A stretch of 63,851 nucleotides of DNA, filler included, from Asterionella formosa (taxonomy: Eukaryota): the NCBI GenBank assembly GCA_002256025.1. It is 9 parts of 9 records of this genome, joined end to end, with 100 filler letters (N's around TTAATTAATTAA, not from the genome) between each part and the next. Parts side by side here need not be neighbours in the genome. Positions count along the whole stretch, not along the records: positions 7,119 to 14,135 come from NKIB01012546.1; positions 14,236 to 21,249 come from NKIB01012548.1; positions 21,350 to 28,361 come from NKIB01012549.1; 6 more parts are not named here. One strand, written 5' to 3'. A model generated the notes under the pieces. It saw only the letters and a list, made by a program, of their open reading frames with translations, ran no database searches and was not told the DNA's origin. Below, piece after piece: positions 11,082-24,345 of the stretch. Position numbers and translations under genes: made by a program. The number at the start of each line of letters is the position of its first letter. Position 1 is the stretch's first letter.

Positions 11082-11199
11082 TATTATGATTATTCTATTG
11101 CTGTCATTGGGGCATGATTGCTGGTGTACCTAGATCTGGTGGTTACACTGGTCTGGTCTGCACTGTGCTTGCGCAGTGCACTGGACGCAGGTATTAATA
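11082..11199 (-). repeat. 5' LTR (118 bp)
   Basis: Direct repeat of 9313-9430. Confidence 0.8.
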
Positions 11200-11959
11200 T
11201 TATCAACCTAGAAATTTGCTGTTTTTAGATGTTATGTGAATTTTTCCTTTAGTTCACTTACCGGTATCTAGGTCACCTATCATCTGACCCAGCCATACAT
11301 ACTGCATGACTATAACTTCCAAACATTTAAGCCCAGTATACACCGAAACACAGAATCCAACCATTATTACACAGTACCTGGTACGAGGGCACTGATAGTA
11401 AGTAGAACTTCACAGCGCTCAATACCAATCTCAACGCTCAGTTATTTCTCATTAAAAACAATATACAAGAATGTGCGTGACGTATTCTTAATTTTCAGAG
11501 TACTTACTAGTGTATGCATACATCATAGCATTCCCAATCATGACCTAGTCCGTACCGGTACCAGGCACCTGTTACCTGGTACCCCTGGTACCAGGTACTA
11601 TCTTAGCATCAGCCATGTATAAAATAACGGGTACCTGGTACCTGGTACTATCCATCAGGATGTATTTACCGTATGTAGTCTACCACATACCGGTATACCA
11701 GTGTCTTTCACCTGGGTGTGGTTTACCGTACCAGGTATATGAACCCACAGCTGCATGTATTTGATCTACCGATACCATACCGTCAAGCAAACACGAATGC
11801 GCTTGAAAAGCAAGGCAGAGCGACCCGGACGAAGGGCAACAATAGGATTGGGCATTCATCCTTTTTACAGTATCATTGAAAAATACAGACTGCCTTACCA
11901 TCAGTTGGCATTGCTCAACTGTTGGCTCAGTCGACGGCCGCTGAAACACACTGTAAAAA

Positions 11960-13279
11960 ATGGCGGTTCCTGTCCAATCGAAAGGTTTCAGGAAAGAGCG
12001 GCGAAAGAATGGGCGTTTAGACCAGAGGTTTCATCAATATATTTCGTTCGGCGTTCATGCAACTTCCTGTATGGCATGTTTCCTTGCATTTTATGCACTT
12101 GCCATGGTGTGCATCATTCCCATGCTGCAGGCTCCAGTTTCCGATCCTAGTAATAGTAGCCCCTTACAAGGAGCCCATGCTCCTGGTCAAGAACTCATTG
12201 TCGAAGCCGCATCGGCATTAAAGGCCCAACTGCAAAGGGTTAGAAAGCGCCGTGGGTTTAATGACGAGTCCCTGCTCAATGAAACCGTTGGACAGATCAA
12301 TATATTACGAGCAAAGAAACGTGTCAAACTGCCTGTTGATTTTTTCGTTCAAGCCAAAAGAAAGAATGACAATGACGCTACTCTACCTGGGTTTGTGGTG
12401 CTAGGTATGCATCGCAGTGGAACTTCCATGTTATCAGGTCTCCTCGTCACTGCTGCTGGTTACAAAGTGGGTGGGCCTCTAATAGGAGCCGCCTTTGACA
12501 ATGCCAAAGGATTTTTTGAACGAATTGATATTGTGTTGCAGAACGACGAATTTTTCTCACTTCAAGGCATGTATTGGGGTGCAGATATATTGAGATATGA
12601 TTGGGAGAAAGCGTTGAATGACAAGGCGTCTGGTGCTGCTCGTTTTCAACAGGGTGAGAAGGGCCTAGAGTTTCTAAACGACCCAGAAAATGCCCCTTGG
12701 CTACAGAAAGATCCCAGAATGTGCATCACTCTCAAGACGTGGTTGAAGTTGTTGAACAAGGAGCCTGCCGTTGTCTTCACGTACCGACATCCATTGGAGG
12801 TTGCCATGTCGTTGAAAAATCGAGAACAGATGTTTCCACTGGAGCATGGTCTTCGTATCTGGATTGTTTACAACATGAGAGGAATTCAGAACTCTGCAGC
12901 CCTTTGCCGAGTCCTATCTAGCAACGATGCTATCCTCGCGGACCCCTTGAAAGAAGTACAGCGCATCTCAGATGACTTGACCACAAAATGTCACGTCAAG
13001 GCTCCCCCAAATCGGATATCACAAGAAGACATTGACAGATTTATTGATCCCGAGCTTCAACACAATAAGAAGCAACGGGAGAAGCAGGCTCGTGAACTTA
13101 AAATTCTTGAGGAATATGGGGACGGATGCCTTATTAGAGATTACAATAGCGATTTTTTAGAAGGTACTCCTCAAAGGCAAAGCGAAATGGCTATGTATGT
13201 ATTGGCCATGCGAGTTTACTGCGATTTGAAGAGTGGCAAGGCATACGAAAGTGAATATTCATGGCCGGAACTCAAGTGA
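11960..13279 (+). CDS. Sulfotransferase-family protein, type II membrane
   Basis: N-terminal TM helix. 5'-PAPS loop VLGMHRSGTS, then NAKGFFER, KDPRMC and the 3'-PB-like motif YRHPLEVAMSL. Intact 439-aa ORF. Confidence 0.85.
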   Translation: MAVPVQSKGFRKERRKNGRLDQRFHQYISFGVHATSCMACFLAFYALAMVCIIPMLQAPVSDPSNSSPLQGAHAPGQELIVEAASALKAQLQRVRKRRGFNDESLLNETVGQINILRAKKRVKLPVDFFVQAKRKNDNDATLPGFVVLGMHRSGTSMLSGLLVTAAGYKVGGPLIGAAFDNAKGFFERIDIVLQNDEFFSLQGMYWGADILRYDWEKALNDKASGAARFQQGEKGLEFLNDPENAPWLQKDPRMCITLKTWLKLLNKEPAVVFTYRHPLEVAMSLKNREQMFPLEHGLRIWIVYNMRGIQNSAALCRVLSSNDAILADPLKEVQRISDDLTTKCHVKAPPNRISQEDIDRFIDPELQHNKKQREKQARELKILEEYGDGCLIRDYNSDFLEGTPQRQSEMAMYVLAMRVYCDLKSGKAYESEYSWPELK

Positions 13280-13615
13280 AAAGCGAGGAGGGTTTGACTG
13301 CTTGATAAAGCCTTGCCCATGACCGTCCTGTCAGAAGTTCTTGATCTTGAAGATTTAGGTTGGCGTTCTAATAGTTTTGATGCCGGCAGCCATAGTATGT
13401 CTATAGTGATCAAGTTGATGGTGAATAAAGGCTACTCGGAACGAATCGAAGGTGACCGATTGAACCTGTTACCCGACCAGGTACTCCTACCATGTAACTT
13501 TTTCTATAGAGACTATAGTATGTCGAAACTAAAACGACGTGTAATAAAAATGAAAATAAATAAATGCAAAAACCGGTACAGTACCGGTATATAAATGGAA
13601 AACGAACTGGTCGTT

Positions 13616-13820
13616 AAGGGTCGTTCTTATCATTCCGAATTTGCTGTATCATTTCCGGGTTGCGGGCAAAAAGTGACAGTTGGTATCAAAACACGGTATC
13701 AGCAACGGTAACTTGATGGTATCAATTTTGTATCATTGATACAAAATTGATACCTTTTTTTGCCCCCTCCAAAAACGGTATCAGTGATACTGACGTTTTC
13801 ACGCGGGTATCATTTCCGTT
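13616..13820 (+). repeat. Probable DNA-transposon end with GTATCA subterminal boxes and a perfect 18-bp inverted repeat (13718-13754)
   Basis: TAA-GGGTCGTTC start, many GGTATCA/TGATAC boxes, and GGTATCAATTTTGTATCA-T-TGATACAAAATTGATACC. Confidence 0.45.
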
Positions 13821-16800
13821 GTCACTAATAAAATAACCGAAAATAAGCCTGCAAGGCAAGGCACCAGTGATAATATAAATGGCATATACTATTCCTTCAA
13901 TTTTATGCTGGCTGCGTACATCGTCCAAGCAACACCATTGATACAATTATACAGCACCAGACAGAAAGTTATACTTGGCGATCTTATAACTCCCAAGTGT
14001 TTTTGTGTATTTGTTACTACAGATCAGTCATTTGAATCTCCCTGAAGATACTACAAGCAAGGCAAATGGAACCGCAAAGTATGGAACCAGTCACACAAAC
14101 GCAAACAACAACTGTTGATGTGGAGACCACTGTATNNNNNNNNNNNNNNNNNNNNNNNNNNNNNNNNNNNNNNNNNNNNTTAATTAATTAANNNNNNNNN
14201 NNNNNNNNNNNNNNNNNNNNNNNNNNNNNNNNNNNACGAATAGGAGGACAAAGAAGATATTGACTTGGCTACGAAACGTTAAACCACCCTTACGTTTCAT
14301 TACGAAACTTGTTTTTGCAATATGTTCCGCCATTTTTTCACACTCGTTCTTCTGGTCCGGTAGATGAATTTATGGACATTGTGCATGCATTTGTCAATTC
14401 CTATGCCCATCCTTTTCACTGTATGTAGCCCGGAAGGTCCGGTAATCATTGAGTTGCGCGTACTTTTTACTTAAATATTCCACGTAGCGGTTTCATTCTA
14501 CTTCAATGGTACCGGTAGGTCAGGACTGACCGGCTTACCAATTCGAAACAATTTATGAAATAATTCATAACAACAATATATCCTTGTATATAGATTACCT
14601 GTAACCGTTAAATTGGAAAAGCGCTGCCCCCTTTCACAGCAGAAGACGCTGACTACCAACTTCAACTTGCTAACTGCGGACCTCGTGTGCTGCCAAGCTA
14701 AGAAGGTTGGAAGAAAGGTGTTTAATTCTGGGGAGCTCGAAAGAATTGGGATTCCTGATGACCAACTGAAATCAGGCGCTGATGAGTCAGAATGATTGAC
14801 AGATTTATCTCTCATGCCGGTACGAAACAAAATAACGGTAGAGTTGCTAACGGTGGACCAAAACGCAAACCAAACAGTGTTTTGGTTTCGGTAACCCTAA
14901 AAAACGATGCTATCGGGAGTGAAAAACCCAACCCAAACGCATTACGTTTAGGGGATTCCGTGCCCATATCCCAAAAAGTTACCCAAACGCATTACGTTTA
15001 GGTTTTTTTCTCCCGAAGTTACCTAAACGTAGGATTCCATATTGACAACTTTGAATGTAGTCAATAGAAACCCAATTAATATCGTCGCAGAATCACTACA
15101 TATAGGAAGCATCATATGCCGGTACCGGTATATCATATCTATATACAACAATAGGTATATGGTACTGGTACCAGGTACCAGTAAAAAACTGCCATGACCC
15201 ATTGAGAATATTTTTGAACTGCCGTGACCCATTGAATGCAGAAAACATGTTTTGCAATCAAAACTTAAATATATATAGATTTTGAGAGTTCTGGTTCCTT
15301 CCCGAGCATATAGGCTAGTCAGCCATGAAATTAGTTTGAGATTTGGAGCAAGTTGTTCATCTTGATAGATTGCCTCGTTTGTAAATAAAAAATATCATGA
15401 AAATATGATCAAGTGTATTGTACGCTAAGTGGCACAGGATTTTTACATATATGATAGTTTTTCGATCAAAAATATGATCAATGTATCATATAATTATGAT
15501 CATGCAGTAAACTTTTACCGAGCTTGAAGAAGTGTGATGAGACTATCATAGTTATAATACCATTGCATCAAATAATTAGTTAAACATGGTCATATGATGT
15601 GTATACTTTTGTCATACATCTATCTTAGCATGATCGTAATTCTCATCGATATCACTATCTAAAATAGGATGAAATTGATCGAAATTTAGAACTATATTTA
15701 AGAATGGTTTTATGTTGCTATATCTTGAGTGGCTGCAGAATGTTCTACAATGCTCTCATCGCAATGATTGTTGGTGCCGCTTTCACTTCCACCTTCCCCC
15801 CAATCCAATTCTGAAGGTTGTTGTACTGGTTGCCTTGCCGTTGTTCCCCTGCTTGCTTTGTTCCATTTACTCCTGAGGGTTCTGAGTTTGCATTCATGCA
15901 CTATTGAATCCGTTTCGTTGTTCCAATCAGCCATACTAACAAAGAGAAGCAATTCATTGTTAGCTGTTCATGTTTTGCTTACACAACAACATGCATTTCG
16001 CTTCTATCTTCACTTACCACAAATTGAGGAAGTAACTGATGCATATTTCTGTAAAAGAATGTGTCAGTCGAAGATTGAATGAGAAGCAAAGTATCGATCA
16101 ATAAATGGGCTCCAACACTGCTGTTTGTAAATTACAAATACTGTTTGTCTACCATTATCCTGAAAGAAGCAACACATATGTGTCAGTTTTTCTAACAGTT
16201 GTAGATTGATCCAAAGATGGCTGATACTAGGCAGCACTTACCGATTTCTTTTGTCCACATTGATGGTTGGCCAGCCACTAGTAAATCGAAAAGGAGCTAT
16301 TGAATCACTGAAAGGGGACGAGTCATTCCGTATTTGTAATCCCAGCAATTGATCATCTTGGCATTTGCTCTTGACAAACCGTGATACTATGCACAGCTTG
16401 TTGATTCCGCCCTTCTCCATCATATTCACTCATTCTTATCGTGCTGTATTGTCACTTCAGTTTTTCGCATCATGTGTTGCTTGAGATCCTTCATTTCAGG
16501 AAGTGGATGCAGCATGACAAGGAACATGAAAGGCATTTGCTCTTGACTTCTTATCATCAATTGATTCCGCCCTTCTCTTCTAAGCCGCAAGTATCATTGT
16601 GCTGTATTATCACTTTCGTTTTCCGCTTCATCATTTGTGTTAATCCTTTATTTCAGGAGCAAAGTGTATGCATGACAAGGAACATGAAAACATGATTTCA
16701 AATGTTTCAGCCGTGAATACATATATCTAAAGATTTGTAAGAAGTTTAAATGTATACATAGTTGAACATTAGCATAGTTTTAAACACGCTTGTTATACAG

Positions 16801-19100
16801 CACATCCTGTGTAAACTAATATCAATTTTGATTATACATAATTCAAATATATATATACAATGCATGATGAGTTCATAGTTTTCCACGACCTGTTGAGTTT
16901 TTTCAATTTTTTTGTGTCAATTCAAACCTACAAGTCAGTGGCTGAATTAATTGAGCCCCTTAATAAACGGGAGTCATCACCAATTTTTCGAATGGTCGAA
17001 ATCATACATTTATGTATATAGACATATTGACCAAAATTCATATGGCCTACCGGTAGTACTGTATAATTGCTGGGAATTATTTCTATCATGGAAATGCCAC
17101 AATAGTGCAGCGGAAAACTGAATATGCTCATGTGTTTAGAATCATTTGATCATATTTCTAAGATCAATATATCCTGATTCTTGAAAATAAATGTTGATTG
17201 TTCATTTTCTCATCAACGACACCGTTCATCAGATGATCAATATGTTATGATCAAAGTTATAGGATAAACGAATCTAAATTCATTGATTAGCAAAGATCAT
17301 AGTTTATACCGGAGTAGTTGGTCATTCATGCAACCCCTTCCCCCCTGTATACAGTATGGAAGTGATAACCCCCAAGCAACCAAATTTTATGTCTTGTAAG
17401 AATTATCGCAGCATGCATGCATACATGGTCACTCCTACTGATATATACAATGCGGAAATAATGACCACCAGACTACCAATCCTATATGTTCTGTAGAATT
17501 ATCGCAACATGGCTGCATCTCTAATGAAAGGGCTGGAGGAGTCATCCATGCACCTGTATAGTATGAAATATGGAAATGATCAAATATAGTTAGTCTACAC
17601 AAGGAGCAATGCATCATATATGCCCTGCTGTTGTTATTTTAATTCCTATGAAATCTCTTGATCTGCCTGTTCTGCGCTTTTTCGCCACCACAATTGTTTT
17701 CATTGGCTGTTTCACTGGACAGCATTCGAATTGATTGTGCTTTGAATGAAGCAATGATCAAAGTCTACCCCATTGCAGAATGGTGAGTCACACAACTAAG
17801 TATCAGCCAGTCGATTAAAATTGGACTGTCTTTTGTGCACCCTCGTTGTGTTTGTACTTGACTTGGCAGCTGTCAGCCAAGAGCAGCCATGGTATGCCAC
17901 CAGCCATTTATTGTCTATACAAGTTTCGAATGCGTTCAGCTATGATAACTTTTGCTCCCCCCTCCTAAACACTATCTCACCACGCACCCTTGTCATAGGT
18001 TTTTCTTTATCCTTTGGCTTCACAGGCCCAGGTTACTCAATGCCTTCATCTGCAAGGAGTTCAGCCAATCAGGCCCACGTTGGCGTCAAGACAACCTCAA
18101 CCCCGAATTTTCTCTCACAGGCTCCGCCCATCATGCTTTCTTCATTGATGAAGTCGAGGTAGCTATATTGACGACGTCAGGTGGCGCAGGCTTGTGTATA
18201 GCTAGATTGATGATGCTGAAAGGATTGCTTCCTTTTCCCGTAGGTACCTATTTGTCAACATTGTTTGGGTCAATCCATTCTTGCTCCCGCAAGACCAGAA
18301 GCAATTATCCCTTTACTTCTCCTCCCAAGAACCTTCATTTCTCTTTCACAATTGTCCTGATGTTTGCAGATCATTTTTAGTTCCCTTTTGATTTTCCCAC
18401 TGGTTTTGATCCCTTTTGCATTCAAGTCAAGAAACAAGCAACTCATTGAGATTTCTGGAGGTTTTGGTCAGTGGCACCATACAGCAACAATCAACAGATT
18501 ATGGCGGCTGTTCTCCATTTTCTGTAGACATTCAAGAAGGGTCTGGGATCATTGGGGAGAAAAATTAGTAGGATTCTCTGTGTTTGCCATTGCTTCCTCT
18601 CACCAATCAATACTAGCTAGTATAGCTAATGAAAAACGTAATTAGATGAAATGTGACTTCCGGTTTCTAATATCATTTTACATTGTTGCACTACTGAAAC
18701 TTGAATCCATAAATAGGCATTCAACTTGTGTTTCTTGCATTTTTGCAGTATAGACTGGCTGGTGTTCGATAGGCCAAGCAAAGTGTCTCGCTTTTCATGA
18801 ACATCTACAAGGTACTAGTGCTTTTGTCGAGGTTTGTGTCTAAATCCAACTGCTGCCATCCATTGGCTGAAATATTCCAGATACATCAAAGAATACGCTC
18901 CTGTCTTCAAAGTTAAGGAAATAGCGCAATGACATAGGAAATCTGATGAGACATGAAAATGATGAAACCAGAATCACTCTGTTACTATAAATAGACAGTC
19001 TCATGCTTCTTTGTGCATATCGCCTCCTATGCTGCGTTTTTCAATTCTAGATGTATTACGTTCTTGTTAGAGAGACGATGTTACGGAGAATTAGATTGTG

Positions 19101-19624
19101 CTGTTCTATAATGGATGTTGTTTAGCTATGATTGAGGTCGTAACACTGATTGATGCTCTGGTGACAGACTGGCCGGAAATATTCGTCTTGTGTGATGAGC
19201 CATTTCGTTTTCATTGGATTTCTTTTCAAGCTCTTAACTGATTGCATAGTACGAACATACTGTGCAATATGATGATTCATCGAAGACATCTGATGACCTG
19301 AACGACAAATGAAGATTTTATCACAAACACTCGTTCCTCTCGAAATGGCTGAATTGTTGTTGTTGCTGCAAGAATCAGAGTGAGGACTGGCAAGGATGAT
19401 GAGCCAAACCACATTACTCTAACTGGTACATTATCCTACCAAGAAATTTAATTAAAGGAACCTAAAGGAAACAATAATAATTAAATTTCCATAGTCAAAA
19501 GGGTTACTATTTAAATGACAAGGGCATTTATCAAAATTATTAGATGATGTAACAAAAAATTATGATCAGGTGATCATAATCCCATGATGCATCATGGAAA
19601 TATGATGGTTTTCATTTGCAGATG
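19101..19624 (+). repeat. Dispersed repeat family B (ATGATC-rich end, terminus TTTGCAGAYG), long copy
   Basis: Reverse complement of 63324-63851. Shorter copies lie at 43288-43383 (+) and 63104-63245 (-). Confidence 0.9.
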
Positions 19625-22227
19625 CATGACATCACCACTGGCAACACAAGATTCAATCCGATATGCCTCCACAAAAACACAAAACCGCAAAAAGACAAAG
19701 AAGCAAACACAGCTTTCCCCGCCAACATCATATCAAAGACGATACCTCAACCACACAGTTAGCTATCGCACCAGTCAACACTAATCATCATAGTAAAATA
19801 TTGCTTCAACCATTCAGACCCTACATACACCTTACCTATGACTATTTCCTCATCATCCATAAGAAGACAGCTAGTGGGGCATTACATTTGCCCTAACCAC
19901 ATAACCACAAAATAAAGCGCACTAATTAATGTAGATACACTTCAACAAGCCCTTGGCATCATATGTACACCACGGACATAGTAAGAACCAGAACTGGATT
20001 TCCTTTGGCTTTTCCTAGAAATCAGATTTACCAGTCAACACTAATCATCATAGTAAAATATGGTTTCCGACTCTTCAAACACCCTCACCCATGACTATTA
20101 ACGAACCTGACAAGCTCAATAGGAGTTTGGAAGGGGGTATGATGTTAAAAGAATGATTATATTATATTAAAAGTAGTCTCTGCAGAGATAAAGAGTTGAG
20201 CAAGAACGCGAGACAGGTATTCACAGACAAACAGACAGACACATGAATCTACGTCATGATGAGATGGTGATCCATAACAATGGAAATTCCTCAAGAAATG
20301 GCGACAAAGCAGAGCACTCACATACACATGAATACAAGCTATAAAAACACCATGAAATGGAAACAATGATGAATACAACAATGTCAGATTCAGGAATCAC
20401 TGCATCCTACTATGTTAATATAGAAGGTGAAAATGATGATATTTTCTGAAAAAGAGAAGAAACAAGAGGCAAAAAGCTACGGAATCAAGAAAGAGGGAAA
20501 AGCAATGAAATAGGCTTGTTGCACCACAAGCAAGAAACACACATGCATCAAATTCATAATGTAAAGTAAACTGGTGGCGATGATTAGTACCATTCAAATA
20601 TAAAGAACGCTAGTAGGCAACAGAAGGCAAGGATATACTTTATATCTGAAAATAATAAACAATGTAAACACAAGGACAACATCAACAACAGCAGCTGAGC
20701 AAGGCAACAAAGCACATATGCACAGCAAAAATCAGCAGTTCGTGGAAATTTACGAAAAATTTAGTGACACTGAGCCAAGCTTAAAGTAGACAAAGAAGCA
20801 GACATGAGACAAAATTCTCCATAGAAGGAAATCGCTCCACAATGGGAATTGGTGGAACGATGTCATTCTTCTTGGGCGCACTATCAGCCCCAATAGAACT
20901 TATCAATTTTCCCCTGTGTCTACTATCCAGGCGCAAGTGCAATTATTAGTTTAGTTTCAACACAGGCACACACTCATTGAAATTTGAAGGAACCTTGTCC
21001 TTAGTTTGTCATGCATTGCTTGCTTAGTCCACGCAATTAGAAAAAAAAAGAAATGGAACCTTTTCCATCTGCACTCAGGAGTTATTAATGGTGTTACCAA
21101 CAGGAAGCACATTTTTGGTTTTAACAACAAGAGAAGAATCGTCACAAGACCCCAGTTACCAATTTTTTACCAATAGGTACATGGATAGGACACAAGACCA
21201 CAGTTACCAATACTCCTACTCAAGAGAGTGACAAGTTACCCAACCTCTCNNNNNNNNNNNNNNNNNNNNNNNNNNNNNNNNNNNNNNNNNNNNTTAATTA
21301 ATTAANNNNNNNNNNNNNNNNNNNNNNNNNNNNNNNNNNNNNNNNNNNNAGTAGGTGAACAAGCAAGGAATCTGCTGGACTGAAGATATATGTGTTAGCC
21401 ATATCACAGGATTTACTGAAATCAATAAACAAGCTTCCCCTGAGCGTCAATTGATCATATCTTTGCTGTAAGACTCCAAATGTTGACCTGGCTTGTAAGG
21501 ATACACAAAGAAGTTTGAATCTTGATGTTTAGTATGTTGTTATCCTTCATCAATTGGACCACTGGAACTTGAGAGGACATCAACAATATTAATTCTAATT
21601 GGACTCTTTTTGAATTCAAAGTGAAGTATCTAACTAGAAGTAGTAGTATTTGTTGAATATATGAGCTTATTTGTTAATCCTTGTGTGTAACTCGTTCTCC
21701 AAGTCGACACCAAAGTATACAATGAGGGTTAGTCGAGTTCTCTCATTATTGAGTTCTGATACATATATGATATAACACTAACCCTATATACATCTGTATT
21801 GATGCGCAAGATCGCTCACCATGTACCGGTACCAGGTACCTGGTATAGCACCTTCTACAAAGCTTGCGATATGTTCTTGTATACCGGTAGACTGGGACCA
21901 GATACTAGGTACATGTTGTGGTTGCAGGTAGCGTCGTTGTCTTTGGTCGTAGTGCAGTGGTACCAGGTAGTAGTTAACTAGGACCTTTGCCAACACTCAT
22001 GATATATACTTGATGTATACAGTAGACTGGGTAATACCATCACTGCTAATAGTATTGTCATGGAATGAATTGCCTTGTTGTATCCTCCCAGTTAACTAGT
22101 AGTAAGCATTTTAAAATGCAATCTATGGAACTACTAGCTAGGTAAAATAGTTAATTACAATTGAGGTTGTAAACAAGCAATGTAAATACTTAAGAGACTG
22201 CAAATTTTAAAATTTAAATATAATGAT

Positions 22228-24345
22228 CTAAACACGCAGTAGTGAATGCCCACCAGTGCGACAATCTCGTATCATATGCATGAGTATGTATGTCACTGTT
22301 TTGTTTTGGCCATATGCCTTGTAAATTCGGTCTATTGCTGTGTGTGCAGTGTAGCCAGCACGAACTAGCATTGCCACTGTCTCCCAAAGAATTTTGCGCC
22401 GGCACTAAATAAATTTCACTCTACCCCTTTCGACCCTTGTAAATAGCTTTGCTGGCTTTCGCCCTCAAATCCAAACCTCCCATTCCTGCCAACGAACAAA
22501 TAGCGTCTTTGGTGTCTTGCTGAGACTACTACTATTGTAGTCTGGATCACCAGCCATGTTGCTTTGCAGATCATTGTTGCCTGCTACTTTATTGTAGGAT
22601 ATTTTTGCATTGTTGTTTGTTTCAGCTGCCATCATGTCATTGCCGCTGTGACTTCCAATGCTTCGAAATTTTTGCCTCGGCATTTTTGCAAGCCGATTAA
22701 TGCTACTCTCCATTCGTCCCATTCCCTTGCTAACAGTGCTGGTTAGTACTGCTATTTGAGTTTTCATTTCCACAACATTGCGTTGTGTCTCTTTTTGCTG
22801 TGAGTACAGTCCAATTATTTCGTTCCTTGGCTGTTGCAGACAATCTTGGTGTTCCCCTCTTTGTCCTCCTGCCAGAACTCCACCACCTTGTGCTGCACCA
22901 TCTCAACCACCAAAGACATTGACTATATTGCCTTCAATTGCAGCTGAACCCCAAACCTTGTCAATGTACACCTCTGCTTCATGCCCGGTTACAACAACCA
23001 ACCGCTTCTCAACTGGATTTACATCTGGTTCCAGACGCCGAACAAATGCATACGCATTTTTAACGCGAGCTGTCATAGCAACTGGCAAGTAACCCTGAAG
23101 ACTGGGCTCAAAAGCCGCCCAAAGAAGTGGCCTTGCCAGCGTCAATGCTACACCACGTTGGTACTGAGAAAGAATGTTTGGCACAACATGCTCAAGAAGC
23201 CAATCATCTGCAATTCCACAATTCTCTTTCAGAACATACTTACATGCTCCACCGATGCACAATGCTGGCTGCTGCCACCTTGGCTTCAGGGTACTAGCGG
23301 GTAGATCTACATCAATGTAAGTGTCCACTTGCTCTTTTGATCGTTTCTAGCGACCTCAAGAGCTGATGTCATCCCGTGAGCACCCATTTCGTCGTGCATG
23401 TGTTGATGGGAATTTTTGTAGGCTGTGCATGCCAATTGGCCCATTGTTTAATCTGACAATCTCATCTTTTTCCCACACATGGTCCTGCAGAATTCTATAG
23501 GCTTTGTTCTTCGCGTTGTCTGGTGTATTGGTGCCTAGAGAAAACACATAAGGATTTTGCAGTGCTGCACCGGATTCCATACCTTCTGTTTCAAGGTGGA
23601 TGGCAAGGGCAAGTAAAACAGACTAGGTTTTTGACATGCATCCAATGAGGAATTGATCAGGAGCTTCTCTTTCATCATCTACATTCTTTGACCAACAGAG
23701 CTGTGCAATCAGGGTAAAGGGAAACCGGTCATTGGGTTTTAGATTTTCCTTCTTTAGTTGGACACAGTCATCAATTCGGCCAACCATATGGAATTGGAAC
23801 GCACAAAGGGTGGACTTTTCATAACAATGAATACTGTCAGGATAGGTGTGTAGTATTGCAATTGTATTGCTGAATTCTTCGAATTGCAGAGGACGGCATG
23901 CTGCTGAAGGTTTCCCAAGTTTGCGAACTTCCTTTTTTCTTACTGCTTTAATGAGGTCAATGATGATTTGGTATCTGGTTGGGTTGCCTGATTTGTTAAG
24001 CACATTCCATGTTGCAAGTCGGTTTGGTATGAAGAAGGAGATGGCTTTCTTGTAGTACTCAAGTGAAGTTAATTGCCCCAATGTTGGATTGTCATCATGT
24101 GATGGATCTGGCTGACCAAAAACCTTGGGAGCCATCCATTTGTAGATGTCATCAGGTTGGATTTCACTGAGCTGCTCATCACTAAACTCATAGTCTTTAC
24201 CATAGATTATTCCATATTTATAGGACATCATGGAAAGAAGTATGCTTTTGTATCTCTTGCAGCATTGTAGAGGCTCATTTAACATTTGTTGCTTTCCTGT
24301 CATGTTATTATTTGTCAATTTTTTTTTTAATTCCCACCACAGCAT
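22228..24345 (-). mobile_element. Degenerate CryptonS-type tyrosine-recombinase transposon ORF
   Basis: SLEYYKKAISFFIPNR..W....SGNPTR...IKAVRKKEVR. YR catalytic positions appear in order as GRIDD (R), WSKN (K), HSLQK (decayed HxxR), *GR*K (from RGRWK) and VDTYID (Y). Then LCIGGACKY, LLWAAF and NPVEK. The C-terminal domain reads LSKTPKTLFVRWQEW..GRKPAKLFT..ERG..RRK..W. In-frame stops at 23623 and 23356, plus frameshifts. Confidence 0.8.

Larger units (their letters stand above)
9313..11199 (-). mobile_element. Internally deleted Copia (CoDi-type) element: LTR, RT, RNase H, PPT, LTR
   Basis: RT motifs TADLTTAKCLFNSVISTP, DLSDFYL, MYGLPQAG and LVIDNFGV. RNase H motifs HVESDASY, SAAEAEL, TDNSTA and DYFTKHH. 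Several frameshifts. 118-bp direct repeats lie at 9313-9430 and 11082-11199, and GGTGAGGG-TG precedes the 3' repeat. Confidence 0.9.
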
